DNA from: a virus
Reading direction: 5' to 3' (one strand)
Length of the DNA: 64,000 nucleotides
Virus record (IMG/VR): IMGVR_UViG_3300037246_001555
Location: 23,490 to 87,489 of that record
In this document: positions 62,406 to 64,000 of the stretch, piece by piece
How the letters are laid out: the number at the start of each line of letters is the position of its first letter
Position numbering within the stretch: the first letter of the stretch is position 1
The notes under the pieces: model-generated
What the model saw: the letters and a program-made list of their open reading frames with translations, nothing else
Databases searched by the model: none
What the model was told of the DNA's origin: nothing
Made by a program: the position numbers and the translations under genes

Positions 62406-63318
62406 TTCCTCGCGCCTCTCTCGCCCATTCCAAGTAATCCTCCCAACGCCAGCCCCTAAGGAACTCAGTCGCTGATCGGTACCCGCTGTGGTACAGCTCT
62501 TCCTTCTGCGCGGCAGTGATGCCGAAGTCGGTAGCCTTGGTGTCACCAACGGGCACCATGATTGTTCGGTGCTGTAGGTCCCCCGGACGGATGAACCGCT
62601 TATCGTGAGCCTCCAGCCCTGTCTGTATGATGGCCTGTAGGAAGTCCAGATTGCTGTCGATCTTCCGTGCCCTACCCGACCCGCTCTCCGACAGATTGAT
62701 GCCGAAGGTGGGGTGGTTGGGGGTCCGGTTAGAGTCGAACTGCCAGATTGGGAAGTTACTCAATAGGCCTCCGTCTACGAAGTAGCTACCTCCCATCCGG
62801 ATAGGCCAGAAGAAATATGGGATACTCATGCTAGTTCTGACAGCCCACGCTACCTCAAGAAAGTCCGGGTCAAGCCCATACAACTTGGCGTCGTCCGGCC
62901 ATGTGACTAGCGTGCCCCGGGTGATATCCGCAGCGAACACCCTCAGCTTGTACCGCCTCTTCGGCTCAGCCCCGTCCACCTTCAGATCACCAAAGGTCAG
63001 CAGTCCCTTGTCCCTCATGAAACCTTGCATCATACGGTAGAAGGTGTCTCCGCGATAGATGCCCTTCTTCCGCAGCAGGTTCGGAATCTTACGGCCGAAC
63101 CCCGCGCCGTCCTTGAAGGACTCGAAGTTCACGTCATTTAGGATCATGTGCATCTCATCCGGGGTGTAACCGCTTGCGTACATGGAAGCCACGATGGCCC
63201 CAGCCGACGTACCGGCTATGCAGGCAGGTTCGAACCCTTGTTGTTCAATTGCCGCTACGGCTCCGACGAGACCGGGTACCTTGACCCCGCCTCCCTCTAG
63301 TACTAGATCGTAGTTCAT
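62398..63318 (-). CDS. Patatin-like phospholipase
   Basis: EGGGVK, GTSAG, SMSIP, DGG. Confidence 0.92.
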   Translation of the reverse strand: MNYDLVLEGGGVKVPGLVGAVAAIEQQGFEPACIAGTSAGAIVASMYASGYTPDEMHMILNDVNFESFKDGAGFGRKIPNLLRKKGIYRGDTFYRMMQGFMRDKGLLTFGDLKVDGAEPKRRYKLRVFAADITRGTLVTWPDDAKLYGLDPDFLEVAWAVRTSMSIPYFFWPIRMGGSYFVDGGLLSNFPIWQFDSNRTPNHPTFGINLSESGSGRARKIDSNLDFLQAIIQTGLEAHDKRFIRPGDLQHRTIMVPVGDTKATDFGITAAQKEELYHSGYRSATEFLRGWRWEDYLEWAREARGIV

Positions 63319-63319
63319 T

Positions 63320-63505
63320 TTAGTTGTCTCCTCGGGCGGTTATTTGAGGGCAATCGTGGTGGCGTAGTCCGCCCTTGTCCCACCGGACGAAATCGTCATC
63401 GAACAACTCACACTTGCAGGTTACACAGTCCTCGTCCATCGGCGGACGATCACGGAAACGAAAGGCCCCCTCGGGGCAGCGCTCGGGGATGGCTCGCTTG
63501 GTCAT
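63320..63505 (-). CDS. Small Cys/His-containing protein
   Basis: ATGA-coupled start MTKRAIPERC; CVTC...HHDC. Confidence 0.5.
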   Translation of the reverse strand: MTKRAIPERCPEGAFRFRDRPPMDEDCVTCKCELFDDDFVRWDKGGLRHHDCPQITARGDN

Positions 63506-63789
63506 TCTGCTTCCCCTTCGCTTACTACCGTGGACGTGCATTGATTGTACACGTGCGTGCTTTGGCGCGTCCCCTTTCCTACGATAGCGTATCGAGCGCA
63601 CGTAGGGCTGATCCCCGATTCTATCAGCCTGGTAACAGCTTCGGCTGTCTTACCGCTGTTTCTGGCTTCACGTAGCCCACTTCTGATGCTACATTGAACC
63701 GTCAGCGTTAGCAGTACGACAGCGATACTCAGTATCGCCACCATGCCTATCTTGTGGTCGTCGCTCTCTACCTTGAACAAATCTTTCAT
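63502..63789 (-). CDS. Small membrane-anchored protein
   Basis: N-terminal TM segment; GGGAG RBS. Confidence 0.55.
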   Translation of the reverse strand: MKDLFKVESDDHKIGMVAILSIAVVLLTLTVQCSIRSGLREARNSGKTAEAVTRLIESGISPTCARYAIVGKGTRQSTHVYNQCTSTVVSEGEAE

Positions 63790-63803
63790 TCGGTCTCCCT
63801 TAT

Positions 63804-64000
63804 TTAAAACAACTCCGGTGCCAGCTCTTTAGTACGTACGATGCAAAGCCGGTTCAGCTTCGCAAAGTCGATAGTGGCCTTCTTGTGCTTCTTTAGCGCC
63901 GACCACAACTCCTCTTTGATCAAAGAGTAGTACACTGTCTGGAGAAGCCGGGGGATCACCTTAGCTCGGTTAGTCACCATCACCTCGTTGTAATGGGCGA
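63804..64000 (-). CDS. C-terminal fragment of a probable phage RNA ligase-like protein (truncated by the window)
   Basis: Hand-translated ...IPRLLQTVYYSLIKEELWSALKKHKKATIDFAKLNRLCIVRTKELAPELF; recalled resemblance to C-termini of phage Rnl2-type proteins; catalytic motifs would lie outside the window. Confidence 0.45.
   Translation of the reverse strand, partial: AHYNEVMVTNRAKVIPRLLQTVYYSLIKEELWSALKKHKKATIDFAKLNRLCIVRTKELAPELF

Noticed and set aside
317-63587. Many antisense and alternate-frame ORFs in the track (e.g. 53799-54539, 47721-48383, 23814-24404, 59673-59948)
   Set aside because: They overlap well-supported genes, mostly on the opposite strand, and lack RBSs and motifs. 59673-59948 is the antisense shadow of the TEF microproteins.
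1-64000. tRNA genes, CRISPR arrays, integrase or att sites
   Set aside because: No cloverleaf with a T-loop consensus, no regularly spaced repeats and no recombinase were seen by eye. A tRNAscan or CRISPR search would be needed to exclude them fully.
1-64000. Stop-codon reassignment, suggested by the phage release-factor fragment
   Set aside because: Conserved genes are full length in the standard code, and TAA, TAG and TGA all end genes at expected positions.

Overview
The whole window is part of a tailed dsDNA phage genome with two convergent arms meeting at about 26165. The + arm (1-26167) is a podovirus-type morphogenesis module: partial portal, several small basic proteins, scaffold, major capsid protein, an array of small paralogous beta-rich decoration-like proteins, a tail adaptor, a nozzle, a GNAT protein and three ejection proteins. 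The - arm (26164-64000) holds host-takeover, metabolic and replication genes: four glycosyltransferases, peptide deformylase, a truncated GGQ release factor, ThyX, class II RNR, an A1-like phosphoesterase, ClpP, SbcCD, RecA, a gp32-like SSB, dCMP deaminase, a UDG-fused family A polymerase, primase, DnaB, an SF2 helicase, a CE4 deacetylase and a patatin. Three things read directly from the DNA stand out. (1) Five paralogous 47-60 aa double-CxxC zinc-finger microproteins, all ending in [L/I]TEF, lie at 59463-60530; four of them are missing from the ORF track. (2) Six copies of a strand-oriented motif, ACGG[C/T]ATTATTTACTAG, sit ahead of operons on both arms and are a probable phage-specific promoter. 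(3) A 26-bp direct repeat brackets a 2-kb AT-richer structural cassette (7279-9335). I found no tRNA, CRISPR array, integrase, reverse transcriptase, terminase or endolysin. All functional calls come from motif recognition and synteny; no database search was run.
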